Below are positions 1 to 10,662 of a DNA stretch of 33,875 nucleotides, piece after piece; position 1 is the first letter of the stretch, and each line of letters starts with the position of its first letter. The position numbers and the translations under genes were made by a program. Under the pieces are notes generated by a model. The model ran no database searches, was not told the origin of the DNA, and worked only from the letters and a program-made list of their open reading frames with translations. The stretch comes from Candidatus Aminicenantes bacterium (GTDB taxonomy: Bacteria > Acidobacteriota > Aminicenantia > Aminicenantales > Aminicenantaceae). The DNA lies in contig JAUXEH010000002.1 of the NCBI GenBank assembly GCA_030620655.1, forward strand, positions 1 to 33,875. Reading direction: 5' to 3'.

Positions 1-18
1 AGGAGATGCTTGAGGGAA

Positions 19-1299
19 TCAGAGCCCTTTGCTCATGGCATCCAGGAAATCGGCGTTGGTCTTGGTCTTTCCCATCCTGTCCAGCAGAAGTTCCATGGCT
101 TCCACTTCGTTCAGCTGGCTGAGCACCTTACGGAGGACCCAGATGCGGCGGAGGTCCTTCTCTTCGATGAGCAGTTCTTCTTTACGCGTACCCGACCGGT
201 TGATGTCTATGGCGGGGAAAAGCCGTTTGTCAACCAAGCGGCGGTCCAGTTTGATCTCGAGGTTTCCGGTTCCCTTGAATTCCTCGAAAATGACATCGTC
301 CATCCGGCTTCCGGTGTCGACCAGGGCCGTGGCGATGATGGTGAGGCTTCCCCCCTCCTCGATTTTCCGTGCCTGGCCGAAGAACTTCTTGGGCTTGTTG
401 AGGGCGTTGGCGTCGATTCCTCCAGACAGGACCTTCCCGGAGGGCGGGATGATGGCATTGTGAGCTCGAGCCAGCCGTGTGATGCTGTCCAGGACGATGC
501 AGACATCGCGTTTCAGTTCCACCAGCCGTTTCGCCTTCTCCAGCACGATGTTTGATACCTGGGCGTTGCGGGACGGCGCCTCATCGAACGTGGAGGCCAC
601 AACTTCCCCTTTGATGCTGCGCTGGAAGTCCGTGACCTCTTCAGGGCGTTCTGCCACCAGCAGTATGATGAGAAAGACTTCCGGGTGGTTCTTTTCGAGG
701 GATTGGGCGATGGTCTTAAGGAGTGTCGTCTTCCCGGCTCTCGGGGGAGAAACAATCAACCCACGCTGGCCTTTGCCTATGGGCGTCAGCAGGTCCATGA
801 CCCGCGCGTTGAGGTTACTGGAGGTGCCGTCTTCTAGGTTGAGTTTCTCGTATGGGTAGAGAGGCGTCAGCTGCTCGAAATGCACGTTCCGGCGCGCCTG
901 CATGATTTCCTCCGGATGACCAAAATTGATGGCTTCTATCTTGATCAGGGCGAAATACTTTTCCCCTTCCTTGGGCGGGCGGACCACACCGGAGATGGTG
1001 TCACCCGTACGCAGCTTGAACTTTCGTATCTGAGAGGGAGACACGTAGATATCGTCCTGGCTCGGCAGATAGCTGAATTCCGGGGCACGCAGGAATCCGA
1101 ACCCGTCCGCCAGGCATTCCAGGACACCTTCAGAGAAAAGCATCCCATTCTTTTTGGCCTGCGCTTCCAGTATCCTGAATATCAGATTCTGCTTCTTGGA
1201 TTCTTTGATCTCCGCCTCGGTCATGCCCAGTTCCTGGGCGATCCGGACGAGCTCTTTGACTTTCATGCTGTTCAATTCGGCTAAGTTGTGCTCTTTCAT
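19..1299 (-). CDS. rho: Transcription termination factor Rho
   Basis: 426-aa ORF with Rho N-terminal and cold-shock-like RNA-binding region (FGFLR..., [14 protein letters not shown]) and Walker [17 protein letters not shown] Shine-Dalgarno lies upstream of the ATG. Confidence 0.95.
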   Translation of the reverse strand: MKEHNLAELNSMKVKELVRIAQELGMTEAEIKESKKQNLIFRILEAQAKKNGMLFSEGVLECLADGFGFLRAPEFSYLPSQDDIYVSPSQIRKFKLRTGDTISGVVRPPKEGEKYFALIKIEAINFGHPEEIMQARRNVHFEQLTPLYPYEKLNLEDGTSSNLNARVMDLLTPIGKGQRGLIVSPPRAGKTTLLKTIAQSLEKNHPEVFLIILLVAERPEEVTDFQRSIKGEVVASTFDEAPSRNAQVSNIVLEKAKRLVELKRDVCIVLDSITRLARAHNAIIPPSGKVLSGGIDANALNKPKKFFGQARKIEEGGSLTIIATALVDTGSRMDDVIFEEFKGTGNLEIKLDRRLVDKRLFPAIDINRSGTRKEELLIEEKDLRRIWVLRKVLSQLNEVEAMELLLDRMGKTKTNADFLDAMSKGL

Positions 1300-1350
1300 A
1301 GTCTTTTACTCCTGTGTTTGGTGTATATTCGAAGTGTAAATCTTAAGTGT

Positions 1351-3768
1351 TCAATGCGTTACCGGAGGGTCCTGTGATTCTTCTCTTTCTTCTTCATTCT
1401 CCGGGACATCCGGATCCAGGGGCATGCTCTTCTTGCCCATGCCCGGGATCTCCTTAGTCAGGGCGATCTCGAGGACCTCGTCCATGGTCTCCACAAAATG
1501 GATCTTCATGACATCCTTGACCTTCTTGGGCATGTCTTTGAGATCGCACATGTTGTCCAGGGGCAGTATGGCCTCCAGGATACCTTCCCGATGGGCAGCC
1601 AGGAGTTTTTCCTTGATGCCCCCGACAGGAAGGACCTTTCCGAGCAGGGTAAGCTCACCGCTCATGATCACTTTTTTGTTGACAGGGATGTCCGTGACCA
1701 GGGAAATGATAGCCGTTGCGATGGTGATCCCTGCTGAGGGGCCCTCTTTAGGAGTGGCGGCCTCGGGAACATGGATGTGGATATCGAAGTTCTTATGCAG
1801 GTCCCGCGCGATGTTCAACTGATACATCTTCCCCCGCGCATAGGAAAAGGCCGCCTGGGCTGATTCCTGCATAATCTCTCCCAGCTGACCCGTGAGGGTG
1901 AAATTCCCTTTGCCGTGGACTTTCGTCACCTCGAAAGAGAGGATCTCGCCTCCGAATTCGGTCCAAGCCATGCCCAGCGCGACACCCACCTCGTTCTTTC
2001 GCTCGATCTCGCTGCGTCTGAAGCGAGGGATCCCCAGGTACTTCTCCAGGTTGCGGGGCGTGACCGACTCCTTGTAAGTCTTCCCTTTGTCCACGATCTT
2101 TTTCACCATCTTGCGGCAGATGGACATGACCTCGCGCTCCAGGTTCCGGACACCGGCTTCGCGGGTGTACTCACGGATTAGTTTTCGGAACGCATTATCG
2201 GAGATTCTGATGTTATGTGTTTTCAGCCCGTGGGCCTTGAGCTGCTTGGCCATCAGGAACTGTTTCGCGATCTGCACCTTTTCCTCTTCCGTATACCCCG
2301 GGATACGGATGATCTCCATCCGGTCGATCAACGGGCGCGGAATGGATTCGAGTACGTTGGCGGTCACGATGAACATGACCTGAGAAAGGTCGTATTCAGT
2401 ATCGATGTAGTGATCCAGGAAGCTGTTGTTCTGCTCCGGGTCCAGGACCTCCATCAGGGCCGATGCCGGGTCCCCCCGGAAGTCCGTGCTCATCTTATCG
2501 ACCTCATCCAGCAGGAACACCGGATTCTTGGTCCCGGCCTTCTTGATCATCTGGAGGATCCGGCCCGGGTAGGCACCGATATAGGTGCGGCGGTGTCCGC
2601 GGACCTCTGCTTCGTCCCGGTCCCCCCCCAACGACAAGCGCACGAATTTGCGTCCGGTCGCCCGGGCGATCGAATGTCCTAAAGAGCTTTTACCCACCCC
2701 CGGCGGGCCCACGAACCCGAGGATGACACCCTTGGGGTTCTTGACCAGTTGACGTATGGATAGATACTCCAGAATGCGTTCCTTCACTTTCTCCAGACCG
2801 TAGTGGTCTTCATTGAGGATTCTCTCCGCTTCCTTGAGACTGCGCTTCTCCCGTGACTTCTTGTTCCAGGGAAGAGAGATCAACCAATCCAGGTAGTTGC
2901 GGCAGACCGTGGCCTCGGCAGACATGGGAGGCATGACCTCCAGGCGCTCGATCTCCTTGTAGGCCTTGTCTTCCGCATCCTTGGGCATTTTCGCCTCGAC
3001 GATGCGCTTACGGAGCTCCTCGACTTCATTGGGCTGGTCCTCTTTTTTCCCGGCCATCCCAGGGGTGAAGACCTTCTGGCCGCTTCCCTCGCGGAAGTGG
3101 GCCTTGCGGCCGCCCTTGCCTTCCTTGCGGAGTTTGGCGTGGATCTTGATCAGCTCGTTTTCCAGGACGAAATTCAGGCGCCGTAGACGCTCCAGCGGAT
3201 TTATGGTTTCGAGCAGGTTCTGTTTTTCTTCTACCGGGATGAAGAGATGGGAGGAGATGATATCGGATATCCGGTTAGCACTGTTATCCCGTAAGGCAGG
3301 AATGATGGAGTCGAAGTTGGCGTGCTGGCTGAGCTTGAGATAGTCCTCGAACAGGGTCAGCACGACCTTGAGTGTTTCCCGGGTTTTATCGTTATCGGCC
3401 TCGATTTCCCGGATCTCCTTGACGAGGATCTGATAAAAAGGGAACGTGCTCAGGTATTCGACAATGCGGGCCCTTTTCTTGCCCTCCACGATCACCTTCA
3501 TGTTTCTATCATCCATCTTGACGACACGGATGATCTTGGCAACGATGCCCATGGAATAGATATCCAGGGGCTGCGGATTGTCCAAAGAGGCATCCATCTG
3601 GGCCGATAGAAAAATCATTTTGTCTTGCCCGGAGGCCCTTTCCAGCGCCTGAACGGAGGAGGAGCGCCCGATAATAAAAGGAACCAGCGTTGACGGGAAG
3701 ACCACCAGATCCCTTAGGGGGATCATGGGCAGGTTCTTGATCACTTCGCTTTTGGATTGAGATTGCAT
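1351..3768 (-). CDS. lon: ATP-dependent Lon protease
   Basis: 805 aa with LON N-domain, AAA+ Walker A GPPGVGKSS, and protease-domain catalytic Ser motif PKEGPSAGIT. Confidence 0.95.
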   Translation of the reverse strand: MQSQSKSEVIKNLPMIPLRDLVVFPSTLVPFIIGRSSSVQALERASGQDKMIFLSAQMDASLDNPQPLDIYSMGIVAKIIRVVKMDDRNMKVIVEGKKRARIVEYLSTFPFYQILVKEIREIEADNDKTRETLKVVLTLFEDYLKLSQHANFDSIIPALRDNSANRISDIISSHLFIPVEEKQNLLETINPLERLRRLNFVLENELIKIHAKLRKEGKGGRKAHFREGSGQKVFTPGMAGKKEDQPNEVEELRKRIVEAKMPKDAEDKAYKEIERLEVMPPMSAEATVCRNYLDWLISLPWNKKSREKRSLKEAERILNEDHYGLEKVKERILEYLSIRQLVKNPKGVILGFVGPPGVGKSSLGHSIARATGRKFVRLSLGGDRDEAEVRGHRRTYIGAYPGRILQMIKKAGTKNPVFLLDEVDKMSTDFRGDPASALMEVLDPEQNNSFLDHYIDTEYDLSQVMFIVTANVLESIPRPLIDRMEIIRIPGYTEEEKVQIAKQFLMAKQLKAHGLKTHNIRISDNAFRKLIREYTREAGVRNLEREVMSICRKMVKKIVDKGKTYKESVTPRNLEKYLGIPRFRRSEIERKNEVGVALGMAWTEFGGEILSFEVTKVHGKGNFTLTGQLGEIMQESAQAAFSYARGKMYQLNIARDLHKNFDIHIHVPEAATPKEGPSAGITIATAIISLVTDIPVNKKVIMSGELTLLGKVLPVGGIKEKLLAAHREGILEAILPLDNMCDLKDMPKKVKDVMKIHFVETMDEVLEIALTKEIPGMGKKSMPLDPDVPENEEEREESQDPPVTH

Positions 3769-3770
3769 GG

Positions 3771-5027
3771 TTATACCCCGGCGGCTTGTTTCAGGCTGTC
3801 GAAAACCAGTGAATTGTCTTCCACCATCTTCTTCGTGATGCGGATGGCGGGCGCCCGTTTGGACGAAGGCAGGTGAAACATGAGGTCGAGCATCAGGTCC
3901 TCGATGATGCTCCGCAGGCCACGGGCCCCCAGTTTCTTTCCCATCGATCTGAAGGCGATCGAGTTGAGAGCCTCTTTCGTGAACTCCAGTTTGACTTCCT
4001 CCATCTCGAAAAGTTTTTGATACTGTTTGATGATGGCATTCTTGGGTTTCGTGAGGATGTCGACCAGGTCTTTGACGGAAAGGTCGGAAAATATCGAGAT
4101 CACGGGGATGCGCCCCACCAGTTCTGGAATCATCCCGTACTTGATCAAATCTTGAGGGATCAGATGGCGGTAGATTTCGCCCGCCTGTCCGGCATCTTTT
4201 TTCCTCGTATCGGACTTGAAACCTACCGTGGCTTTCCCGATCCTCTGAGAAATGATCTTGTCCAGGCTGTTGAAGGCCCCCCCGAATATGAAGAGGATGT
4301 CGGTCGTGTCTACAGGGATGAACTCCTGTTGAGGATGTTTGCGGCCGCCCTGGGGGGGAATGTTGGCGACCGTCCCCTCTATGATCTTCAGCAGGGCCTG
4401 CTGGACGCCCTCGCCAGACACGTCCCGTGTGATGGAGGGAGTGTCTGTCTTGCGCGATATCTTGTCGATCTCGTCCACATAGATGATGCCTTTCTGGGTC
4501 TTTTCCAGGTTTCCCTTCGAGGCCTGGAAAAGCTTGAGCACGATGTTCTCGACGTCCTCCCCTACATAGCCGGCCTCTGTGAGAGACGTGGCGTCGGCGA
4601 TGGCAAAGGGGACTTCAAGGATTCGGGCCAGCGTCTGGGCCATGAGCGTCTTGCCGGTGCCGGTGGGGCCGATCAGAAGGATGTTGCTCTTCGAGATCTC
4701 CACGTCATCGTCCTGGTTGGAATAGTGGATGCGCTTGTAGTGATTGTACACGGCTACGGCAATTTTTTTCTTGGCATCTTCCTGACCCACGATGTATTCA
4801 TCCAGGGCCCGTTTTATCTCGAAAGGCGTCTGAAACTCGCTCCCGGGTTCCTGGGCTTCTTCCTCCCTGGTTTCGTTGAAGATGATCGAGTGTGCCAGTT
4901 CGATGCAGTTATCGCAGATGTACACACCTCCCGGCCCTGCGATCAGTTTTTTGACCTGAGGCTGCGGCCGGTTGCAGAAGTTGCACTTGGCTGCGCTGCT
5001 GTAATCCTGTCTGAAATCGTCGTCCAT
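3771..5027 (-). CDS. clpX: ATP-dependent Clp protease ATP-binding subunit ClpX
   Basis: N-terminal zinc ribbon CNFC...CDNC and Walker A GPTGTGKT. The ORF extends to 5051, but the ATG at 5027 is preceded by AGGAAG at SD distance. Confidence 0.92.
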   Translation of the reverse strand: MDDDFRQDYSSAAKCNFCNRPQPQVKKLIAGPGGVYICDNCIELAHSIIFNETREEEAQEPGSEFQTPFEIKRALDEYIVGQEDAKKKIAVAVYNHYKRIHYSNQDDDVEISKSNILLIGPTGTGKTLMAQTLARILEVPFAIADATSLTEAGYVGEDVENIVLKLFQASKGNLEKTQKGIIYVDEIDKISRKTDTPSITRDVSGEGVQQALLKIIEGTVANIPPQGGRKHPQQEFIPVDTTDILFIFGGAFNSLDKIISQRIGKATVGFKSDTRKKDAGQAGEIYRHLIPQDLIKYGMIPELVGRIPVISIFSDLSVKDLVDILTKPKNAIIKQYQKLFEMEEVKLEFTKEALNSIAFRSMGKKLGARGLRSIIEDLMLDLMFHLPSSKRAPAIRITKKMVEDNSLVFDSLKQAAGV

Positions 5028-5060
5028 GTTACTTCCTGGATCTCGCCGCAAGAGAACGGG

Positions 5061-5657
5061 TCAGGTTTTTGTTCTCCGTCGCGAAACGATTACCTCATCG
5101 ATGATACCGTAAGCCTTGGCCTGCTCGGGCGTCATGATAAAATCCCTCTCGATATCCTCCTGAATGCGCTTCAAGGGCTGCAAAGTGTGATGATTGAGTA
5201 TCTGATTAATCCTTTCCCTGATCCTCAGGATCTCCTTGGCCTGGATGGCTATATCCGTGGCCTGACCCTTGAATCCGCCCATCGGCTGATGGATGATGAT
5301 CCGGGCATTCGGCAGGCAGTATCGCTTTCCTGGCGTTCCTGCGGAAAGCAGGATGGCAGCCATGCTGGCGGCCTGCCCCACACACATGGTGGAAATATCG
5401 GAACCGACATACTGCATGGTGTCGTAGATCCCCAAACCCGAGGTTATGTTTCCCCCGGGTGAGTTGATGTAAAGCGATATCTCTGTATCCGGGCGCTCCG
5501 CTTCCAGATACAGAAGCTGCGCTACGACCGAGTTTGCCACCTCATCCGTAATCTCGGCTCCGATGAAGATTATGTTGTCCTTGAGAAGGCGGGAATAGAT
5601 GTCATAGGCGCGTTCGCTCTTGCCTTCTTGATCGACGATAAAGGGGATTAAAGTCAT
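5061..5657 (-). CDS. clpP: ATP-dependent Clp protease proteolytic subunit ClpP
   Basis: 198 aa with ClpP Ser motif GQAASMAA and His motif IIIHQP. Same reading frame as clpX and directly upstream of it. Confidence 0.95.
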   Translation of the reverse strand: MTLIPFIVDQEGKSERAYDIYSRLLKDNIIFIGAEITDEVANSVVAQLLYLEAERPDTEISLYINSPGGNITSGLGIYDTMQYVGSDISTMCVGQAASMAAILLSAGTPGKRYCLPNARIIIHQPMGGFKGQATDIAIQAKEILRIRERINQILNHHTLQPLKRIQEDIERDFIMTPEQAKAYGIIDEVIVSRRRTKT

Positions 5658-5668
5658 TGGGATGGTCG

Positions 5669-6937
5669 CTATTCTATTGTAGCATTATCCACTAAAAAAT
5701 CAATGGTCTTCCGGAGGAGAAGGTTCTGCTTCACCTCCGCTTTCCTGTTTTCACGATTCATGGCATCGACCACCTGTGCCAGCGGCACGTTGTTGGCTTG
5801 TGCCAGGGATTGAAATTCCTCCGTCATTTCCTCTTCGGACACCCCCAGATTTTCCGCCTCGGCTATCCTCATCAGAACCAGGTGATTCTTAACGACCTGC
5901 CGGGCCTTGAATTCGGCCTGCTCTTCCCACAGCGCCCGGTCCTCTTCTTTAGTCGGAGTCTGTCCCGCCGATTGGATAATGCGGCGCAGCTGGACCAGGG
6001 TTTCCTGTTGGACTAAGGACTCGGGAAGTTCCGGATCGACACTGTCCGTGACTTTCTGGACGACCTCTTCCGAGATCTCACGTTTCCGACTCTGCTCCCG
6101 GGATTCTTCGAGCTGCTTCCGGATCTCGGACTTGAGCTCCTTCAAGTTCTCGAACTTGCCCAGGTCCTTGGCGAAGCCGTCATCGACTTCGGACAGGCTT
6201 TTCTCTTTGATGGAGAGCACTGTCAAGTGATAGTCGATCGTCTTGCCCGCCACCTTTTTATTCGGGTGATCCTGAGGGTAATCCACCTGGAAATTTTTCT
6301 CCTCGCTCGCCTGCATTCCCAGGACATTCTCGTTCAATGCCTTCTCATTATCCTGATGACCGGCCAGCACAAAGATCTTTTCCGCGGGAAGGAGGCGGCC
6401 GGTTTTGACGTCTCTGCCCTGGATTCGAAGTAGGACATAATCGTCCTGCCGAATGCCCCGGCCCTCTACCGGTATGTATTGCGCGGACCGTTCTCTTAAG
6501 TCGTCCAGAGACTTATCTACATCCTTGGCCGTGACCGCGTCCTGTTTCCTCTTCACTCCGATCTTTTTGTATTCCGGCAGCTTGAACTCCGGCCACACCT
6601 CGAACTCGGCTTTCAGTTTCAAGGCTCCCCCTTCTTCCCACGACAGGTCCGTGATGACCGGCGTGTTCACTGGGGAAGCCTGATGCGCTGCGAGCTCCCG
6701 GCCGACAGCCCGGGGGGCTATGGAATCGAACATGGCCTCCCGGATTTCCGCCTCGTACATGCCTTTCACCACGTTTCTGGGGGCCTTACCCTGCCGGAAA
6801 CCTTTGACCTTCACCCGCACCGTGTACTGTTCCAGGGCGGCTTCATATTCCTTGAGCGCTTCTTCCGCGGCAACCTCCAGTTCCAGCTCCCGCTTGGATG
6901 CACTGATCTCTTTGATTTCGCTCTTCGGTTCCGACAT
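5669..6937 (-). CDS. tig: Trigger factor
   Basis: 422 aa with ribosome-binding signature GFRQGKAP. Classical tig-clpP-clpX-lon gene order. Confidence 0.9.
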   Translation of the reverse strand: MSEPKSEIKEISASKRELELEVAAEEALKEYEAALEQYTVRVKVKGFRQGKAPRNVVKGMYEAEIREAMFDSIAPRAVGRELAAHQASPVNTPVITDLSWEEGGALKLKAEFEVWPEFKLPEYKKIGVKRKQDAVTAKDVDKSLDDLRERSAQYIPVEGRGIRQDDYVLLRIQGRDVKTGRLLPAEKIFVLAGHQDNEKALNENVLGMQASEEKNFQVDYPQDHPNKKVAGKTIDYHLTVLSIKEKSLSEVDDGFAKDLGKFENLKELKSEIRKQLEESREQSRKREISEEVVQKVTDSVDPELPESLVQQETLVQLRRIIQSAGQTPTKEEDRALWEEQAEFKARQVVKNHLVLMRIAEAENLGVSEEEMTEEFQSLAQANNVPLAQVVDAMNRENRKAEVKQNLLLRKTIDFLVDNATIE

Positions 6938-6968
6938 CTACATTCCTTTTCCTTTAGATATCATGGAG

Positions 6969-7053
6969 TGGGCAGAGCGGGACTCGAACCCGCACTCCCT
7001 CATCAGGAACTAGGTCCTAAGCCTAGCGCGTATGCCAATTTCGCCACCTGCCC
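6969..7053 (-). tRNA. tRNA-Leu, anticodon UAG (type II, long variable arm)
   Basis: Manual cloverleaf: acceptor GGGCAGG/TCTGCCC (one G-U), anticodon stem CTAGG/CCTAG, loop CTTAGGA, 16-nt variable arm, T-arm GCGGG-TTCGAGT-CCCGC, discriminator A. The 3' CCA is not encoded. Confidence 0.9.
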
Positions 7054-7128
7054 AGAATAAAATCCTTATCCTTTCACATTTCTCGTTTGAGGATTTGGAA
7101 TAAAAAAGAGGTTTGAGTCTAGATCGGT

Positions 7129-7157
7129 AATTTAGCATAAAATCCCAAGCATGTCAA
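7129..7157 (-). promoter_or_regulatory. Sigma70-like promoter TTGACA-N17-TAAATT upstream of tRNA-Leu (and probably tig)
   Basis: Minus strand reads TTGACA (7157-7152), a 17-nt spacer, then TAAATT (7134-7129), about 70 nt upstream of the tRNA 5' end. Confidence 0.45.
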
Positions 7158-7162
7158 TCGAG

Positions 7163-8545
7163 CTAATCACTCCACTGCCGGGCTATACGTTCCACCGCTT
7201 CCAGGGACGCTTCGATCTCCCCCTCGCTGTGGGCATGGGAAATAGTCCCGTAGCCGTGGAAGGTATGGAAACCCTCCAGCATCATGGCCAGCTTGAATAC
7301 ATTCTCCCGGATATCGTGGTCGCTGACTTCGGGGTCCCAGACTTCCTCGGGGGATACGAACCTGTCGATTTTCCGCCGCAGGAAGTGGACACCGACCACC
7401 GAAGAGTGGGGTGTGATGCTCTCATCCCCGCCGGTGCACAGCACATTGAATCCCTGCCGGTTGAATATCTCCTCGATGCCATCCCGAACCGTCCGGCCCA
7501 GCCGGCCTAGCCTCGGGTAAATCTGTTCTTCATTCTCGATCAGGTGTTCCAGGAACCTCAGCCCCGCCAGCATGCAGGCCGGATGGGCGGAGAACGTCCC
7601 TCCCTCGAACTTGACCCGTTTGTTAGGCGGGGCTCCGGGATCGCAGAGATCCATGATCTCGCTCCTCCCGGCCAGAGCGCTGACGGGCATTCCCCCGCCG
7701 ATCGCTTTTCCGAACACGGTCAGGTCTGCCTTCACCCCATAGAGGCTCTGGAGGGGGCCGGCGTGGAATCGGAAACCCGATATCACCTCATCCAAGATCA
7801 GGAGGGAACCATATTCCTTAGTAAGCGCCCTGGCACGCGAGATATACTCTCTTCGGCCAAAGATAAAACCACCGGCCCCAATAAACGGCTCCATGATCAG
7901 ACATGAGATCCTGTCTCCGAAGCGTACGAATTTGTCCTCTAGGTCGGCGGTGTTGTTGAATTCGCTCATGACAAGGTTGGCGTTCAGCTCCGCCGGAAGA
8001 CCGGCAGATTCGACCTGAGTGAGGCCCCCCTTGAATTCAGAGATCCCCTTGAGCACGTAGGGCTGTGCCCCGTGCCATCCGCCCCCGATCTTGAGGACCA
8101 TGTCCCGGCCCGTGAAAGACCGGGCCAGCATTATGGCATACATGGTGGCCAGGGTCCCGCTGGTGGTGAAACGGATCTTGCCGCCCCCCAAGCGCCCCAG
8201 GATCAGCCGAGCCAGCTCACTCTGGTAGGTCCCGGGGAACCCGGTGGCCAGCCCCTGGCCTTTCCGGAAGTGATCTGCCAGGGCCTCCAGCACTACGGGG
8301 GGGTTGTGACCCAGGATGTTCCCGAAATGTCCTTGCCAGAAATCGATGTATGTGTGACCATCGATATCCGTGATCCTGGAACCATCGGCTCGGGAATCGT
8401 AAAACGGGAAGGGAGAGAAAAGCCTCAGGTTATGACTGCCTCCCCTGACCTGGAGCCGAGAGGCCTCACGGAAGTGGCGTTCGGAAATGGGGTGGTTTCG
8501 TGTGTACTCCTGTCTGAGCTTTTGGAATAATCTCTCTTTCTCCAT
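7163..8545 (-). CDS. Class-III (PLP-dependent) aminotransferase, glutamate-1-semialdehyde aminomutase-like
   Basis: 460 aa colinear with the HemL-type fold. Motifs: TSGTLATM, LILDEVISGFR, and PLP-lysine motif FGKAIGGGMP. Too diverged to call hemL. Confidence 0.85.
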   Translation of the reverse strand: MEKERLFQKLRQEYTRNHPISERHFREASRLQVRGGSHNLRLFSPFPFYDSRADGSRITDIDGHTYIDFWQGHFGNILGHNPPVVLEALADHFRKGQGLATGFPGTYQSELARLILGRLGGGKIRFTTSGTLATMYAIMLARSFTGRDMVLKIGGGWHGAQPYVLKGISEFKGGLTQVESAGLPAELNANLVMSEFNNTADLEDKFVRFGDRISCLIMEPFIGAGGFIFGRREYISRARALTKEYGSLLILDEVISGFRFHAGPLQSLYGVKADLTVFGKAIGGGMPVSALAGRSEIMDLCDPGAPPNKRVKFEGGTFSAHPACMLAGLRFLEHLIENEEQIYPRLGRLGRTVRDGIEEIFNRQGFNVLCTGGDESITPHSSVVGVHFLRRKIDRFVSPEEVWDPEVSDHDIRENVFKLAMMLEGFHTFHGYGTISHAHSEGEIEASLEAVERIARQWSD

Positions 8546-8550
8546 GCCCT

Positions 8551-10386
8551 CTATTTGATGTGTTTACTCAGCCGCTGCGCCAGGCTGGGATCGATTTTTT
8601 GCAGGGTGGCGTAGACCTCCCGGGCGCTGGCATAGTCCTTGAGATTGAGATAGGCGATGGCGAGATTGTAGTGGCCATTCCCGTTCTGAGGCTCGAGCTC
8701 GATGACCTTGAGCAAGGGCTCCACCGCCGGCGACCATCTTTTCAGCTGCATGTTGCATATACCCAGGAATAGCCAACCCTGAGAATTATCCGGTAAGATC
8801 TCGACCAGCTTCTGGAAGACCGGGATCGCCGCCTTGTAGTTCTTCATCTGGTAATAGATATTCCCCAGGTTGATATAGGCGTAGTCAAAACCCGGGTTCA
8901 GCTCGATGGCCTTGTTCAGGGCGGCGATGGCTTCTTCGTATCTCTTCTGGTTGGAATTCATGATCCCCAGGTTGTAATAGGCCTCAGGATTGTTGGGATC
9001 CTGATCTATCATCTTCTGAGCCGCTGCAATGGCCTTATCAGGCATCTTGGCCTCGTCATACATGCGGACGATGATGTTGTAGTAGATCTTCGCGTCGTTC
9101 GGGCTCAGCTGTGCCAGTTCTTCGTACTTGGCCGCCGCCTCGTCAAACATGCCTGCTTTTTCCATAACCTGGGCCAGCTTGGAGTTCTTGTGCACGCTCT
9201 GCGGGTCGATGTCCACCGCCTGCTGGAACAACCGCACCGCATCCGGGTACCGTTCCAGTTCCATGTAGCATTCGCCCAGCTCAAAGTGGCTTTCGCCGGG
9301 CGTCTGAGTCTCGGTCGCCAGGAATTTTTCGTATGCCGCCGCGGCCTTGTCGAAGATCCTCTGTTCCCGATAGGCCCGCCCGATAAGATGATTGGCCTCA
9401 GCGTTTTGAGGGTCCATCTGCACGGCCCGTTCCAGCTGCGGCACCGCATCCGTCCATTTCATCATGTTGATGTATACCTGGCCGAGCCCGAAATGGGCTT
9501 CCGCGTCGCTGGGATCGAGCTGCTGGATCTTTTTATAAGTTTCCACGGCTGACGAGAAATCCCTCTGCTTGGTCTGTATCCGGGCCAGCAACTGGTAGGT
9601 TTGAAGGTCATCGGGTTTGAACTTCAAGTATTGCTTGAGATACTTGGACGCCTTGCTGGTGCTTTGCACGGCCCCGAACAAACGGGAGGCCAGGAAGACC
9701 CCCTCCTCTGTTGCGAAGTAATCCACGGCTTCCTGGCGCTTGAATCTGGTGACATTCCCCGTGGCGCTCAAGGTGCTTGTCAGGCTGCCCGGCAGCACGA
9801 ATTTGGATGACATGTCTATGAACGTCAGGATGCCCACGACCACCCCGTTCTCATCAAAGACCGGAGCGCCGCTGGCTGTCTCCGGCGCAGAGATGCTGGT
9901 ATCCGCCACCTGTTTGCCGGAGCCGTATTCCGCCAGGTTTATGATCTTTCCCTCATAAGACTGGACCTGTCCGGCCTCGTTGCATCCGATTACATACAAC
10001 TTACTTCCGAACTTGACGGTCTCGAAGCCGGCCGGTGTCAGAGTCGGGGCCTTGCTCTTGATCCTGACAATGGCCAGGTCGCTTGATTTATCGAACGATA
10101 TGATGCCCTCTATCTTGACTTTCTTGCCTTTGATGTCCAGGCCCTCTGCATTCTTGGCCTCACTCAAAAGATGGTAATTGGTGATCATAAGGTCTTTTCC
10201 GATCACAAAGCCGGTGCCCCGGCTGATCTCCATCTTGTCTTCGTCCTGCCCCATCACAAGGATCACGCTGGCTTTGTTTTTCTCGAAAATCGCTCCTCCT
10301 CCCTCGGACTGAGGATAGAGCGAGATCACCGAGACACAGAAAAAAATGAATCCCAGAAGGCCGGCTGCCCGTCGCATGTTTCGCAT
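8551..10386 (-). CDS. Secreted trypsin-like serine protease domain fused to a multi-TPR repeat region
   Basis: Signal-peptide-like N-terminus (MRNMRRAAGLLGFIFFCVSV). His/Asp/Ser contexts are TNYHLL, SDLAIVRI and TASGAPVF, followed by about 10 TPR repeats. The ORF extends to 10428, but GGAGGT sits 5 nt upstream of the ATG at 10386. Confidence 0.85.
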   Translation of the reverse strand: MRNMRRAAGLLGFIFFCVSVISLYPQSEGGGAIFEKNKASVILVMGQDEDKMEISRGTGFVIGKDLMITNYHLLSEAKNAEGLDIKGKKVKIEGIISFDKSSDLAIVRIKSKAPTLTPAGFETVKFGSKLYVIGCNEAGQVQSYEGKIINLAEYGSGKQVADTSISAPETASGAPVFDENGVVVGILTFIDMSSKFVLPGSLTSTLSATGNVTRFKRQEAVDYFATEEGVFLASRLFGAVQSTSKASKYLKQYLKFKPDDLQTYQLLARIQTKQRDFSSAVETYKKIQQLDPSDAEAHFGLGQVYINMMKWTDAVPQLERAVQMDPQNAEANHLIGRAYREQRIFDKAAAAYEKFLATETQTPGESHFELGECYMELERYPDAVRLFQQAVDIDPQSVHKNSKLAQVMEKAGMFDEAAAKYEELAQLSPNDAKIYYNIIVRMYDEAKMPDKAIAAAQKMIDQDPNNPEAYYNLGIMNSNQKRYEEAIAALNKAIELNPGFDYAYINLGNIYYQMKNYKAAIPVFQKLVEILPDNSQGWLFLGICNMQLKRWSPAVEPLLKVIELEPQNGNGHYNLAIAYLNLKDYASAREVYATLQKIDPSLAQRLSKHIK

Positions 10387-10426
10387 CTTTACCTCCATCT
10401 GCGCATGTATGTATAAAGACACCTCC

Positions 10427-10456
10427 AATTTACACTTTCTCTCCGGCTCATGTCAA
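10427..10456 (-). promoter_or_regulatory. Sigma70-like promoter TTGACA-N18-TAAATT for the protease-TPR gene
   Basis: Minus strand reads TTGACA (10456-10451), an 18-nt spacer, then TAAATT (10432-10427), about 40 nt upstream of the start codon. Confidence 0.4.
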
Positions 10457-10472
10457 ATTTATTACCCCTGCA

Positions 10473-10631
10473 GGAAGCATCCTCAATTCCTTGAGTATAG
10501 AATTGCCCAGGTATTTTTTGAGGAACCTGCCTTGCTCCCACGCAGGCTCCTTTTCGCCTACGATGTTGCCACGACCTGCTACCACAAAACATACATTCAA
10601 AGCCCAATATTACGGAATTGAGGATGCTTCC
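10473..10631. repeat. 159-bp element bounded by perfect 18-bp inverted repeats (MITE-like element or structured RNA)
   Basis: GGAAGCATCCTCAATTCC (10473-10490) is the exact reverse complement of GGAATTGAGGATGCTTCC (10614-10631). Flanks are CCCCTGCA on the left and CCCCAGCA on the right. Confidence 0.6.
10522..10554 (+). terminator. Intrinsic-terminator-like hairpin plus T4 inside the inverted-repeat element
   Basis: GGAACCTGC / GCAGGCTCC form a 9-bp stem with one A-C mismatch and an 11-nt loop, followed by TTTT. No upstream plus-strand gene is evident. Confidence 0.3.
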
Positions 10632-10662
10632 GCCCCAGCATGGACTGACGAGAGAAAATAAG

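Noticed and set aside
3873-5462. 529-aa stop-free plus-strand ORF running antisense across clpX, the clpX-clpP spacer and part of clpP
   Set aside because: It is in the exact codon-complement frame of both genes, which share a frame (5061-3771 is divisible by 3). It therefore only requires that the sense codons TTA, CTA and TCA be absent, as expected from GC-biased codon usage. The translation is low-complexity and has no start context. The sense strand encodes unmistakable ClpX and ClpP.
10473-10631. 6S RNA or riboswitch interpretation of the inverted-repeat element
   Set aside because: Beyond the 18-bp closing helix, the two sides of the interior are not complementary, so there is no extended interrupted helix with a central bubble as in 6S RNA. 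No conserved riboswitch core sequence I know is present. The element is also not positioned as a 5' leader of either flanking gene.
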